From Actinomycetota bacterium (GTDB taxonomy: Bacteria; Actinomycetota; Actinomycetes; S36-B12; UBA10799), in contig JACJWU010000005.1 of NCBI GenBank assembly GCA_020636995.1, forward strand, positions 130,331 to 194,330: a stretch of 64,000 bases of DNA. The letters run 5' to 3'. Both the position numbers and the translations under genes were made by a program. Of this stretch, positions 16,802 through 26,539 are shown in pieces; within the stretch, counting starts at the first letter, position 1; each line of letters starts with the position of its first letter. The notes under the pieces are model-generated. The model did no database searches. It worked only from the letters and a program-made list of their open reading frames with translations, and was not told the DNA's origin.

Positions 16802-17845
16802 ATGTCGAACGTGCGCATCTGCGCGGACACCGCGAACAGCACCTCGGCCGAGGTGCTCGCCGGCCGACTCGGCGCGGAGGTCACTTCCGGCGAGGCCGAT
16901 ATCGCGCTGGTGAGCGGCATCCCCGCCTCCCGCACCAGTCACGTGATCGTGACCGGTCAGCTCAGCGACGCGATCGACGAATGGGACCAGCACGTCGCAC
17001 CGCAGACCCTGGCCGGAGCCCTGTGGATCGGCCCGGACCAGGACGTCGTGGCCACCGCCGCCGCATGGTGGGTGCTGCGCAGCCAGACCCCCACGACACC
17101 GCTGAGCGACCTCACGGACAACAACGAACGCTGCCTGCGCTGGTCGGTCCTGGCGGTCGACGTGGTGCCGCTGACCGCGCCTGCCGACGTCGCCGTGGAT
17201 GAAGCCGGGATCCGCTCACAGTTGGACGACCTACCCGAGATCCAGAACCTCGGCAAGGCGATCGATCGCATCGGCGGCGACTCCGCCGACCTCGTCCTGC
17301 GGTCCGTCGAGAACTTCCGCACGGCGATCGGAGATCTGAACGGCCTGGCGAACCTGCCGCCGTCCGGACAGACCCCGGAATTCGACGCGATCGTGGCTGA
17401 GCACCTGCGTCAGGTGCAGCGCTCCGGTTTCGGTCGCTGGCGGGGGGCGAAGGCCCGCGCGCAGAGCCAAGCGGATCTGACAGAAGCGGCGAAGAGCGTC
17501 GCGGCGGACCGCCTTCGGGAAGTCATCGCCGCCCGGCACAGCGAAGAGTTTGAACGCAGCCGGACCACCGCCGCCCGGGACGCCTCAGCGCTGACACATG
17601 AGCACGTGCAGAGCGCTGCTCTCGAGGTGCAACTGCCCGTGCAGCCCGACTTCGAGCGGGTCCCGAGGTCCTGGTCGGCATCGGCCCCGACGGCGCGACG
17701 ATATGTGCTGGTCGCAGAGGAACACGGGCAGGAGTTCGCGGACCTCCCAGAGGTCACGGTGCGCACGAGCCCGCAGGTGCCTCCGGACGAGGCCTGGTGC
17801 CTGATCATCCAGTCCGGGTTCAGCCTCCCGGGGTTGCGCGGCTGA
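16802..17845 (+). CDS. Hypothetical protein, family not recognised
   Basis: A 347-aa ORF that starts 43 nt after the DUF4388 gene on the same strand. Composition is consistent with coding (acidic and helical, not the Arg/Pro-rich pattern of shadow ORFs). Confidence 0.5.
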   Translation: MSNVRICADTANSTSAEVLAGRLGAEVTSGEADIALVSGIPASRTSHVIVTGQLSDAIDEWDQHVAPQTLAGALWIGPDQDVVATAAAWWVLRSQTPTTPLSDLTDNNERCLRWSVLAVDVVPLTAPADVAVDEAGIRSQLDDLPEIQNLGKAIDRIGGDSADLVLRSVENFRTAIGDLNGLANLPPSGQTPEFDAIVAEHLRQVQRSGFGRWRGAKARAQSQADLTEAAKSVAADRLREVIAARHSEEFERSRTTAARDASALTHEHVQSAALEVQLPVQPDFERVPRSWSASAPTARRYVLVAEEHGQEFADLPEVTVRTSPQVPPDEAWCLIIQSGFSLPGLRG

Positions 17846-17848
17846 GAC

Positions 17849-19015
17849 TCAGCCCCCGTGCACCGCCTGTGCGGTGCGGTAGACCTCCACGGTCTTGGCG
17901 GCGATCGCGTCCCAGCCGAAGTCCTCGATGGCGCGTTCGCGGCCGGCCCGGCCCATCGCCTGTGCGCGCGACGGGTCCGCAACGACCTCGTTGATGGCAG
18001 TGGCGAAGTCGGCCTCGAACTGCACGGTGTCATCGGCGTCGTAGTGGACGAGCAGGCCCGTCTGGCCGTCCACGACCACCTCCGGGATACCCCCCACGTC
18101 ACTTGCCACCACCGGCGCCTCACACCCCATGGCCTCGAGATTGACGATCCCCAGCGGCTCGTACACGCTCGGGCATGCGAAAACCAAGGCGTGGCTGAGC
18201 AACTGCCGGACATCCGAACGATCGAGGTGACCATTGAGCCAATGCACGTCCGGGCGCTGTTCGCGCAGGGCATCGATGGCCGCGGACACCTCCGCGCCGA
18301 GTTCCGGGGTGTCCGGCGAGGCCGCGCACAACACCAACGGAACGGAGTCGTCGAACTGCTGGGCGGCCCTCAACAGGTGTGCGATGCCCTTCTGCCGCGT
18401 GATCCGCCCGACGAACAACACGTAGGGCCGGTCCGGATCCACTCCGTGGTTCACCAGCGCGTCGACCTCGCCCACCTTGCGGTAGGCCTGCGTGTCGATG
18501 CCGTTGTGCACCACGTGCACAACTTCGGGGTCCACGAACGGGTAGCAGTCGAGGACATCCTCACGCATACCCGCACTCACGGCGATGATGGCGTCGGCGT
18601 TGGCGTACGCGGTGTTCTCCACCCAGGAGGAGATGGCGTAGCCGCCGCCGAGCTGCTCGCGCTTCCACGGCCGGCGGGGCTCCAACGAGTGCGCCGTGAT
18701 CACGTGCGGGATGTCGTGCAGCAGGCCCGACAGGTGGCCCCCGAGATTGGCGTACCAGGTGTGGGAGTGGGCGACGTCGCAGCCGGCGACGGTCTCGGCC
18801 ATGCCGAGGTCCACACCCAGGGTCTGTAGGGCCGCGTTGGCATCACGAAGGTAGTCCGGCACCGGGTGGGCCTCGGCGTCGGAGCGGGGTTTTCCGAAGC
18901 AATGGACGTCGACGTCGATGATCTTGCGCAGTTCCGGGACCAGGTGCTCCACATGAACGCCTGCGCCGCCGTAGATGTAGGGGGGCCATTCCCTGGTAAG
19001 AATCGCGGTTCGCAC
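17849..19015 (-). CDS. glgA: GT4 glycogen synthase / maltose-1-phosphate synthase (GlgA/GlgM type, Rv1212c-like)
   Basis: (M)[30 protein letters not shown], with a GTG start at 19015. It is 388 aa and divergent from glgC. Confidence 0.85.
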   Translation of the reverse strand: MRTAILTREWPPYIYGGAGVHVEHLVPELRKIIDVDVHCFGKPRSDAEAHPVPDYLRDANAALQTLGVDLGMAETVAGCDVAHSHTWYANLGGHLSGLLHDIPHVITAHSLEPRRPWKREQLGGGYAISSWVENTAYANADAIIAVSAGMREDVLDCYPFVDPEVVHVVHNGIDTQAYRKVGEVDALVNHGVDPDRPYVLFVGRITRQKGIAHLLRAAQQFDDSVPLVLCAASPDTPELGAEVSAAIDALREQRPDVHWLNGHLDRSDVRQLLSHALVFACPSVYEPLGIVNLEAMGCEAPVVASDVGGIPEVVVDGQTGLLVHYDADDTVQFEADFATAINEVVADPSRAQAMGRAGRERAIEDFGWDAIAAKTVEVYRTAQAVHGG

Positions 19016-19045
19016 GGCCTAAGGCTATGGGGATTGTCTAACGTG

Positions 19046-20275
19046 ATGCATGTGAGAGAAGGTCCAAGCGTTCTCGGTATTGTCCTGGCCGGCGGCGAAG
19101 GTAAGAGGTTGATGCCTCTGACCGCGGACCGGGCGAAACCGGCCGTCCCCTTCGGCGGCGCCTACCGGATGATCGACTTCGTCCTCTCGAACCTGGTCAA
19201 CGGCGGTTTCTCCCGCATCTGTGTGCTGACGCAGTACAAGTCCCACTCCCTGGACCGGCACATCACGACCACGTGGCGGATGTCGAACCTGATGGGTGAC
19301 TACGTGACGCCGGTCCCGGCCCAGCAGCGACTCGGCCCGCGCTGGTACATGGGGTCGGCCGATGCCATCTACCAGTCCCTGAACCTCGTGTACGACGAAC
19401 GGCCCGACTACGTCGCGGTGTTCGGCGCCGACCACATCTACCGCATGGACCCGTGGCAGATGCTCGACCAGCACATGGACTCCGGCGCCGGCGTGACCGT
19501 GGCCGGGATCCGGATGCCCCGCGCCGAAGCGTCACCGTTCGGCGTGATCGAGACCGATGTCACAGGCCAGCGGATCACGGCGTTCCATGAGAAGCCAGCG
19601 GATCCGCCCGGCATCCCCGACAGCCCCAACGAGTCGTACGTGTCGATGGGCAACTACATCTTCACCACAGACGTGCTGGTCGAAGCGCTGAAGATCGACG
19701 CGGGCGACGAGGGTTCCGTGCACGACATGGGTGGGAACATCATCCCGATGCTCACCGCGCAGGGCTTGGCCCACGTCTATGACTTCTCCGACAACGAGGT
19801 CCCCGGCGTCACAGATCGCGACCGCGGCTACTGGCGCGACGTGGGGAGTCTGGACGCCTACCACGACGCCCACATGGACCTCGTGAGCGTGCACCCGGTC
19901 TTCAACCTCTACAACCGCAAGTGGCCGATCCTGACCTACCTCCCACCCCTGCCACCGGCGAAGTTCGCCCTCGGCGGCAACGCCCACGAGTCGATGGTCG
20001 GCGCCGGTTCGATCATCTCGGGGGGCCACGTGCGGCAGTCCGTGCTGTCCTTCGACGTGCGGGTGGCCGAAGGCGCCTTCGTCGAGGGCTCGGTGCTGAT
20101 GCCCGGGGTCCGCGTGGGCAAGAACGCGGTCCTGCGGCGCGCGGTCATCGACAAGTACGTGGAGATCCCGGACGGCGCCCAGATCGGGGTGGACCTCGAA
20201 CGGGACAAGGAGCGCTTCACCGTGAGTGCCGGCGGGGTGGTCGTCATCGGCAAGGGCGCGAAGATCGAGCGCTGA
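19046..20275 (+). CDS. glgC: Glucose-1-phosphate adenylyltransferase
   Basis: [30 protein letters not shown]...[13 protein letters not shown] is present. The start is the ATG at 19046, with GTG 19043 or 19052 as alternatives. Confidence 0.9.
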   Translation: MHVREGPSVLGIVLAGGEGKRLMPLTADRAKPAVPFGGAYRMIDFVLSNLVNGGFSRICVLTQYKSHSLDRHITTTWRMSNLMGDYVTPVPAQQRLGPRWYMGSADAIYQSLNLVYDERPDYVAVFGADHIYRMDPWQMLDQHMDSGAGVTVAGIRMPRAEASPFGVIETDVTGQRITAFHEKPADPPGIPDSPNESYVSMGNYIFTTDVLVEALKIDAGDEGSVHDMGGNIIPMLTAQGLAHVYDFSDNEVPGVTDRDRGYWRDVGSLDAYHDAHMDLVSVHPVFNLYNRKWPILTYLPPLPPAKFALGGNAHESMVGAGSIISGGHVRQSVLSFDVRVAEGAFVEGSVLMPGVRVGKNAVLRRAVIDKYVEIPDGAQIGVDLERDKERFTVSAGGVVVIGKGAKIER

Positions 20276-20292
20276 CCTCCGCGAGGCACCAC

Positions 20293-21015
20293 TCATGCGC
20301 CGAAGGTGTCGCGGACGGCCTTCCCTTCGAAGATGCGGTACTCCAGCGGGGACGGCGACCCGAAGGCGGCGCGCGGCACGCCGCCGCAGGCCACCACGAT
20401 GTTGCCCGGCCGGCGTCCCTTCACGGTGGGCGGCTCGGCGCCCACCACCACGCGGCCCAGGCTGCGGCCGGCGGCCACCAGGGAACGGACCCGGGCGAAG
20501 GGCGCCCGGTCGACCAGGTTGGCCACGAAAGCCCCGCCGGGCACAAGCACCCTGCTCACCTCGCCCACGAAGGCGGCCGAGGTGAGCTCCGTGGGCACTT
20601 GTGCGTTGTCGAAAGCGTCCAGGACCACAAGATCCTGGCTGGCGTCCCGGACCTGGCGGATGCCGGCGGCGCCATCGGTGGCACGGACCTTGATGCCGCT
20701 GCGCCGCGGCAGGGGTGCCTCGACCCTGACCTGCGCGATGAGGATCTCGTCCGGCTCGAGCACGATCTGCGCCGACCCCGGCCGGGTCGCTGCCACATAG
20801 CGCGGGAGGCTCATCGCGGCGCCGCCGACGTGCAGGGCGCGGATGGACGCCGGTGGTGAAGGCCGGAGGGCGTCGATGAGATCGCCGATCCGTCGCATGT
20901 AGTCGAACACCAGATGGGTCGGATCGTCCAGATCGACCGCCGACTGCTCCATCCCATCCAGTTCCAGGACGTAGACGCGGTCATTCACCGCCGCACTCTG
21001 GCGCGGGTCGGTCAC
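20293..21015 (-). CDS. Spermidine synthase-like methyltransferase-fold protein
   Basis: YVLELDGMEQSAVDLDDPTHLVFDYMRRIGDLID...ALHVGGAAMSLPRY. The GTG start at 21015 overlaps the upstream stop (GTGA). Confidence 0.6.
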   Translation of the reverse strand: MTDPRQSAAVNDRVYVLELDGMEQSAVDLDDPTHLVFDYMRRIGDLIDALRPSPPASIRALHVGGAAMSLPRYVAATRPGSAQIVLEPDEILIAQVRVEAPLPRRSGIKVRATDGAAGIRQVRDASQDLVVLDAFDNAQVPTELTSAAFVGEVSRVLVPGGAFVANLVDRAPFARVRSLVAAGRSLGRVVVGAEPPTVKGRRPGNIVVACGGVPRAAFGSPSPLEYRIFEGKAVRDTFGA

Positions 21016-21899
21016 GCTGGCGGGAAACCCCCGGCCTTGGCCACGAGTCCTGGGGTGGGCCGCCCCAACCGCTCGCCGAGCCACTCGCTGGCCAGACACA
21101 GCGCGTCGAGGTCCAGGCCGGTGTCGTAGCCGGAGCGCTCCAGCGCGAACACGAGGTCTTCGGTGGCGATGTTGCCCGTGGCGCGGGGGGCGAACGGGCA
21201 CCCACCGATGCCGCCGAGGGACGCGTCGAGCACCGTCACCCCGGCGTCCGCGGCGGCCAAGGCGCTGGCGTAACCGGTGTTGCGGGTGTTGTGCACATGA
21301 ACGCGCAGTGGGACATCCACCGCGTCGGCCACCGCGGACAGTCGTCGCTGCACATCACGCGGCACGGCCACGCCGATCGTGTCGGCGATCGCGAGTTCGT
21401 CGATGCCCGCATCGGCGACCTGCGTGGCCACATCCACCAGCCGGGAAACCGCCACCTCGCCTTCGTAGGGACAGCCGAACGACGCGGACAGCGTGACACT
21501 CACGGGCAGGCCGGCTTGCTTGGCGCGCGGAGCGATGGCAGCCACTGCCGCCATGGCCTCCTGCGTGGTCATCCCCTGGTTCTTCTGCGAGAAGGTGTCG
21601 GTCACCATCACGACCAGGTTGACCTCGTCCACCTGGGTGTTCACAGCCCGGTCGAAGCCCCGCTCGTTGAGCACCAGCCCGATGTACGACGCCGCGTCGG
21701 GTGTGAGTCGCTCGAGCACCGCCTCACCGTCGGCCATCTGCGGCACCCGCTTGGGGTTGACGAAACTCGCCGCCTCGATGCGCTGCACGCCGGCGGCCAC
21801 GCAGCGGTTGATGAACTCGACCTTGGTGTGGGTGTCCACCACAACTGCCTCGTTCTGCAGGCCGTCGCGCGGACCCACCTCGACGATGGTGATGGTCAT
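21012..21899 (-). CDS. Hydroxymethylglutaryl-CoA lyase family protein
   Basis: MTITIVEVGPRDGLQNEAVVVDTHTKVEFINRCVAAGVQRIEAASFVNPKRVPQMAD shows the HMGL-like pattern. The ATG at 21899 overlaps the Dabb stop (ATGA). Confidence 0.8.
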   Translation of the reverse strand: MTITIVEVGPRDGLQNEAVVVDTHTKVEFINRCVAAGVQRIEAASFVNPKRVPQMADGEAVLERLTPDAASYIGLVLNERGFDRAVNTQVDEVNLVVMVTDTFSQKNQGMTTQEAMAAVAAIAPRAKQAGLPVSVTLSASFGCPYEGEVAVSRLVDVATQVADAGIDELAIADTIGVAVPRDVQRRLSAVADAVDVPLRVHVHNTRNTGYASALAAADAGVTVLDASLGGIGGCPFAPRATGNIATEDLVFALERSGYDTGLDLDALCLASEWLGERLGRPTPGLVAKAGGFPPA

Positions 21900-22174
21900 C
21901 GCGCGTCCACCACAGCGCGATCGGCGAGGCGAGGACCCAACCACTCGAGCAGTTCCTGGTGGACGGGATGCTCGACGTAGGCGTGCAGTCCGGCCTCATC
22001 GGTGTGCGTCGAGCGCAGGACGAGATCGAACGCACCAGGCCGGCCGAGGTCGTCGATCAGCACCTCCACCGACAGCAATTCCGGGATCTTCCCCGCCATG
22101 TCGCGTAGACGGGTGGCGGCCTCGAGCCGATCGGCGGAATCGTGCATCTTCATCATGACGACGTGGGTGATCAC
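21896..22174 (-). CDS. Dabb (stress-responsive alpha/beta-barrel) family protein
   Basis: VITHVVMMKMHDSADRLEAATRLRDMAGKIPELLSVEV...HPVHQELLEW. I chose the GTG start at 22174 by analogy with the usual MIxHVVlfk N-terminus. Confidence 0.65.
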   Translation of the reverse strand: MITHVVMMKMHDSADRLEAATRLRDMAGKIPELLSVEVLIDDLGRPGAFDLVLRSTHTDEAGLHAYVEHPVHQELLEWLGPRLADRAVVDAR

Positions 22175-22203
22175 GATTCGATCGTAGACGCGGTCCCCTG
22201 CGC

Positions 22204-22322
22204 CATTGTGACGAAGTTGCCACCCCATCCCCCCGGTTTGTCACGAAGGTGCTGGCCGCGCCGGGTCTCGACCCAGCAACTTCGTGACAAACCAGATGAG
22301 AAGGTCCGCACCTTCGTCACAA
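22204..22322. repeat. Nested inverted repeat made of four copies of a 16-nt core, TTGT(G/C)ACGAAG(G/T)TGC, arranged as two forward then two inverted
   Basis: The forward copies are ATTGTGACGAAGTTGC (22204-22219) and TTTGTCACGAAGGTGC (22236-22251). The inverted copies are GCAACTTCGTGACAAA (about 22276-22291) and GCACCTTCGTCACAAA (about 22307-22322). The structure lies 30 nt upstream of the Dabb start. Confidence 0.75.
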
Positions 22323-22330
22323 TCGCCGCC

Positions 22331-22510
22331 GTTGACCGTCAGACACCCAACCCGCGGGCCGGACCGGACCGGGTGCCCAGACGACACCTGAGTTGACCGT
22401 CAGACACCCAACCTGCGGGTCGGACCGGACTGGGTGCCCAGACGACACCTGACTTGACCGTCAGACACCCAACCTGCGGGTCGGACCGGACTGGGTGCCC
22501 AGACGACAAC
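22331..22510. repeat. Second tandem array (3 copies) of the 61-bp MIRU-like unit seen at 4725-5006
   Basis: (G/C)TTGACC unit starts are at 22331, 22392 and 22453, exactly 61 bp apart. The unit is GTTGACCGTCAGACACCCAACCTGCGGGTCGGACCGGACTGGGTGCCCAGACGACACCTGA. It aligns with the 4725 unit (GTTGACCATGAGGCACCCAA...GACTGGGTGCCCACACGACAACTGG). Confidence 0.85.
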
Positions 22511-22512
22511 GA

Positions 22513-23292
22513 TCAGCCGAAGCGACCCGAGATGTAGTCCTCAGTGGCCCGCTCCTTGGGCGAGGTGAAGATCGTCTCGGTTGGTCCGGACTCCACCAGT
22601 TTGCCCGGCTGCCCGATCCCAGCGAGGTTGAAGAACGCGGTGGTGTCGGACACCCGGGCCGCCTGCTGCATGTTGTGCGTGACGATCACGATCGTGTAGT
22701 TGCGCTTCAACTCGTGCACCAGATCCTCGATCGCCAGAGTGGAGATCGGGTCCAGCGCAGACGCCGGCTCATCCATGAGCAAGACCTGCGGCTCCACGGC
22801 GATCGCCCGGGCGATGCACAACCGCTGCTGCTGACCACCGGACAGACCGGCCCCCGGCTTCGCCAACCGGTCCTTCACCTCTTCCCACAGGTTGGCACCG
22901 CGCAGCGACTTCTCCACGACGTCGTCGAGGCTCTTGCCCTTGGCCTTCGACCTGTCGAGTTTCAGGCCCGCCACCACGTTGTCGTAGATCGACATCGTGG
23001 GGAAGGGGTTCGGCCGCTGGAAGACCATGCCGATCAGGCCCCGGATGTTCACCGGATCCACGTCGGGGGCATAGATGTCGTCGCCCTCAAGTAGGACTTT
23101 GCCCTCGGTGTAGGCGCCGGGGATCACCTCGTGCAGGCGGTTGATGCTGCGCAGCACGGTGGACTTGCCGCATCCGGACGGACCGATGAAGGCCGTGACC
23201 GACTTGGGCTCGATCGCGAGGTTGACCCCCTCGACCGCCTTGAAGTCGCCGTAGTAGATATCGAGATCCTCGATGTCTATCCGCTTGGCCAT
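22513..23292 (-). CDS. pstB: Phosphate ABC transporter ATP-binding protein
   Basis: Walker [10 protein letters not shown], signature [14 protein letters not shown] and Walker B LLMDEP are present. It is 259 aa and the last gene of pstSCAB. Confidence 0.95.
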   Translation of the reverse strand: MAKRIDIEDLDIYYGDFKAVEGVNLAIEPKSVTAFIGPSGCGKSTVLRSINRLHEVIPGAYTEGKVLLEGDDIYAPDVDPVNIRGLIGMVFQRPNPFPTMSIYDNVVAGLKLDRSKAKGKSLDDVVEKSLRGANLWEEVKDRLAKPGAGLSGGQQQRLCIARAIAVEPQVLLMDEPASALDPISTLAIEDLVHELKRNYTIVIVTHNMQQAARVSDTTAFFNLAGIGQPGKLVESGPTETIFTSPKERATEDYISGRFG

Positions 23293-23304
23293 TGCTTTCC
23301 TTTC

Positions 23305-24375
23305 CTATTCCGACGCAGGCGCGGTGAGCTTGGCCACCAGCCGCGCGAGTCCGTAGAAGATGACGACAACCAGGATCAGCACAAGTGCGCCTGCCCATGC
23401 CCGGTCGATGGATGCCGGAGTGCCCGACGAGATCTGATCCCACACGAAGGTCGGGATGGACGCCTGCGGCCCGGCCATCAGGTTCCCGTTCATGGACTGC
23501 GACAGGAACGTGGTGAGCAACAGGGGCGCGGTCTCACCGGCGACGCGAGCGATCGACAGCATGATTCCGGTGACGATTCCGCCGAAGGCCGTTGGGATCA
23601 CGATCCGCAGGATCGTCTTCCACTTCGGCACCCCAAGCGCATAGGACGCCTCCCGCAGATCGTTCGGGACGATCTTGAGCATCTCCTCGGTCGAACGCAC
23701 GATGACCGGGATCATCAGGATCGTCAACGCCAACGACGCCGCGAAACCGGAGCGCTCGAACCCGAAGGTCAGCACCCAGAACGTGTAGATGAACAGACCG
23801 GCGACGATGGACGGCACACCGGTCATGACGTCCACGAAGAACGTCACCCAGGTCGAGAGTTTCCCGCGGCCGTACTCCACCAGGTAGATGGCGACGAGGA
23901 TCGAGATCGGCACCGCGATGAGCGCCGCCATCCCGACTTGTTCCAGCGTCCCGACCAGTGCGTGGAGAAGACCGCCACCCTCGCGCAGCGGCGAGACGTT
24001 GCGCATCGTGCTGGTCAGGAAGTCCACCGAGAACGAGGAGAGACCCCGGATCACGACCGAGGTGATGATCCACACCAGGGCCGCCAGCGCGATCATGAAC
24101 ATCGTCGTGACCAATGTCGTCGCCAGGCGGTCCACGGCGAACCGGCGGCCCTCCACGGCGAAACTCCAGCCGGTCTGCACAACCATGTACAGAAGGAACA
24201 GGATCACCAGCGAGCCGGCGATCCCCTGTGCCGGGGTGAGCGCCACGATCACAGCCGTCAGTGCCGCAGCGATCAGTGCGGAGTAGCCCGCCGCGAACCG
24301 CGGCAGCGTCTTCATCGCGAGTTGGGAACTCAGGCCCTCCAGGACCTCCGCGTCGTCCCTGTCAGTGACGCTCAT
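23305..24375 (-). CDS. pstA: Phosphate ABC transporter permease PstA
   Basis: The permease has an EAS-loop region (LREASYALGVPKWKTILRIVIPTA). The ATG at 24375 overlaps the pstC stop (ATGA). Confidence 0.9.
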   Translation of the reverse strand: MSVTDRDDAEVLEGLSSQLAMKTLPRFAAGYSALIAAALTAVIVALTPAQGIAGSLVILFLLYMVVQTGWSFAVEGRRFAVDRLATTLVTTMFMIALAALVWIITSVVIRGLSSFSVDFLTSTMRNVSPLREGGGLLHALVGTLEQVGMAALIAVPISILVAIYLVEYGRGKLSTWVTFFVDVMTGVPSIVAGLFIYTFWVLTFGFERSGFAASLALTILMIPVIVRSTEEMLKIVPNDLREASYALGVPKWKTILRIVIPTAFGGIVTGIMLSIARVAGETAPLLLTTFLSQSMNGNLMAGPQASIPTFVWDQISSGTPASIDRAWAGALVLILVVVIFYGLARLVAKLTAPASE

Positions 24376-25352
24376 CCGTTGGCTCCTGAGAACTCTTTGT
24401 GCTTGGCGATGATCGCCCGGGCGATCATGTTGACCACCAGCGTGATGATGAACAGGATCAGACCGCTCGCGATCAGCGCGGACAGGCCGATCGGGCCGGC
24501 CTCGTTCCACTTCAGGGCGATGTTGGCGGCAAAGGTGTTGCCGCTCGGCTCGGTGATGTGCCAGTTGATCTCGAACGCCGCGGAGAGGATCAACGCGACG
24601 GCGATGGTCTCACCGAGGGCGCGGCCCAGACCGAGCATCGTCGCCGAGATGACACCCGGGCGACCGAACGGGATGACCGCCATCCGGATCATCTCCCACC
24701 GGGTCGCACCGAGGGCCAGGCTGGCTTCGCGATGTGAGCGGGGTACCTGCAGGAAGACCTCACGCGACAACGCCGAGATGGTGGGCAGGATCATGATCGC
24801 CAGGACCACAGAGGCGATGAAGATCGACTTGGTGTAGATCCCGATCTCGTTGCGGAACAACGGTATGAAGCCCAGATAGTCGTTGAGCCACTTCGTGATG
24901 CCGTCCATGTGCAGCATCAACACCTGTAGGCCCCACAGGCCGTAGATGATCGACGGCACCGCGGCGAGCACGTCGATGATGAATCCCAGCGAGGTGGCGA
25001 TGCGACGCGAGGCGTAGAAGCCGATGAACAGCGCCGTTCCAATGGCGACCGGAACCGCGATCACCATCGCGACGACCGACGAGATGGCAGTGCCGAAGGC
25101 CAGCGCCGCGATACCGAAGAAGGGCGGGCTCGCGTCGGGGAACCACTCCTGGGTCGTGAAGAAGTTCCCCGTGTTGTCACGGAACGCCGGGATGGCCTTC
25201 CAGACCAGGAACGCCCCGATGGCGGCCATCAGGACCAGAACGAAGATGCCGGCCAGGCGAGTGAGGTTGGTGAAGACCCGGTCACCCATCCTGACCGAAG
25301 ACCCCTGGACGCGAGGGGTAGGCGCGTCCAGGGGCTTCAGGTCAGTACTCAT
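24372..25352 (-). CDS. pstC: Phosphate ABC transporter permease PstC
   Basis: HREASLALGATRWEMIRMAVIPFGRPGVISATMLGLGRALGETIAV. It is 326 aa. Confidence 0.9.
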   Translation of the reverse strand: MSTDLKPLDAPTPRVQGSSVRMGDRVFTNLTRLAGIFVLVLMAAIGAFLVWKAIPAFRDNTGNFFTTQEWFPDASPPFFGIAALAFGTAISSVVAMVIAVPVAIGTALFIGFYASRRIATSLGFIIDVLAAVPSIIYGLWGLQVLMLHMDGITKWLNDYLGFIPLFRNEIGIYTKSIFIASVVLAIMILPTISALSREVFLQVPRSHREASLALGATRWEMIRMAVIPFGRPGVISATMLGLGRALGETIAVALILSAAFEINWHITEPSGNTFAANIALKWNEAGPIGLSALIASGLILFIITLVVNMIARAIIAKHKEFSGANG

Positions 25353-25370
25353 CCGTTATGCGTCGATTCC

Positions 25371-26489
25371 TCAGGACAGCGAGTTGACAGCGTCGGCGAC
25401 CTGGGTCTCGAGCTCGCCGGGCAGCGGCACGTAGCCGATACCGGAGAGCATCGACTGACCTTCGGTCGACGCCGTGTAGGTGAGGAAGCTTTGCGTCAGG
25501 GGCAGCGTGTCAGCGGCGTTCCCCGACTGGCAGACGATCTCGTAGGTCAGCAGGAGCACCGGGTAGGCGGCCGAGTCCTGCACCGCGTAGTCGATCTCCA
25601 TCGTGAGGTCGCCCTCACCCGCGTCAGGGTTCGGAGTCACCTTTGCGCTGGCCAGACCAGCGGTCGCAGTGTCGGCGTTCGGCGCGACCGGTCCCCCACC
25701 GTTGTCCACCGAGGCCGCCTTCAGACCCTGGGTCTCCACGAAGGACAGTTCGACGTAGCCGATCGAGTTGGGCGTCGACTTCACCGATGCGGCAACACCG
25801 TCAGAACCCTTGGAGCCCTGGCCACCCTTGGCCGTCCAGTCCGAACCCGGCTCGTACGGCCAGGCGTCGGGAGCGGTCGCGGCCATCCACTGGGTGAAGT
25901 TGTCCGTGGTCCCCGAGCCGTCGGAGCGGTGGAACTGGGCGATGGGAGCGTCAGGCAGGCTGACCTCCGGGTTGACCTCGGCCAGGGCCGGGTCGTTCCA
26001 GTTCGTGATCTCGTTGTTGAAGATCTTGGCGGTCACGTCCGGGGTGAGGACGAGGTTGTCGACGCCCTCGAGGTTGTAGGTCAGAGCGATCGCGCCGCCC
26101 ACCATCGGGATGTTGATCGGCGGGGTGGCGTCGCAGCGGGCCGCGGCCTGCTGAAGTTCGTCACCCTCCATCGCCGAGTCCGACCCGGCGAAGGCGACCT
26201 GGTTGTTGATGAAGTCGGCGCGGCCAGCGCTCGAACCCGACGGCGAGTACTCGATCGTCGCGCCCTCACAGGCGGTCTGGTACGCGTTGATCCATTCGGT
26301 CATCGCATTCTTCTGGGCACTGGAGCCGGAGGCCTTGATGGTGCCGGTGGCGCAGTCAGCGCCGCCGATCTGACCGCCGCCAGCGGCCGGGGACTCCGAA
26401 CTGCTGCCCGAGTCGCTGGAGCAGCCGACCAGTGCCAGGGCACCTGCCGCCGCGAACGCAGCGACCTTCGTAGAACGGGCGATCTTCAC
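25371..26489 (-). CDS. pstS: Phosphate-binding lipoprotein PstS
   Basis: There is a signal peptide with the lipobox LVGCSSD, and the phosphate-binding family pattern ASGSSAQKNAM...GSGTTDNFT. The GTG start is preceded by GGAGAAAAGGGG. Confidence 0.9.
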   Translation of the reverse strand: MKIARSTKVAAFAAAGALALVGCSSDSGSSSESPAAGGGQIGGADCATGTIKASGSSAQKNAMTEWINAYQTACEGATIEYSPSGSSAGRADFINNQVAFAGSDSAMEGDELQQAAARCDATPPINIPMVGGAIALTYNLEGVDNLVLTPDVTAKIFNNEITNWNDPALAEVNPEVSLPDAPIAQFHRSDGSGTTDNFTQWMAATAPDAWPYEPGSDWTAKGGQGSKGSDGVAASVKSTPNSIGYVELSFVETQGLKAASVDNGGGPVAPNADTATAGLASAKVTPNPDAGEGDLTMEIDYAVQDSAAYPVLLLTYEIVCQSGNAADTLPLTQSFLTYTASTEGQSMLSGIGYVPLPGELETQVADAVNSLS

Positions 26490-26539
26490 CCCTTTTCTCC
26501 CTATCTGTAGTCATGTCTGACATTTGTGACGCTAGGGAT

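Noticed and set aside
17840-17854. The palindrome GGCTGAGACTCAGCC, which contains both convergent stop codons (TGA at 17843 and TCA at 17849), considered as a bidirectional terminator.
   Set aside because: The 7-nt arms surround a single central base, so they cannot form a stable RNA hairpin loop. It is probably coincidental or only a weak DNA-level feature.
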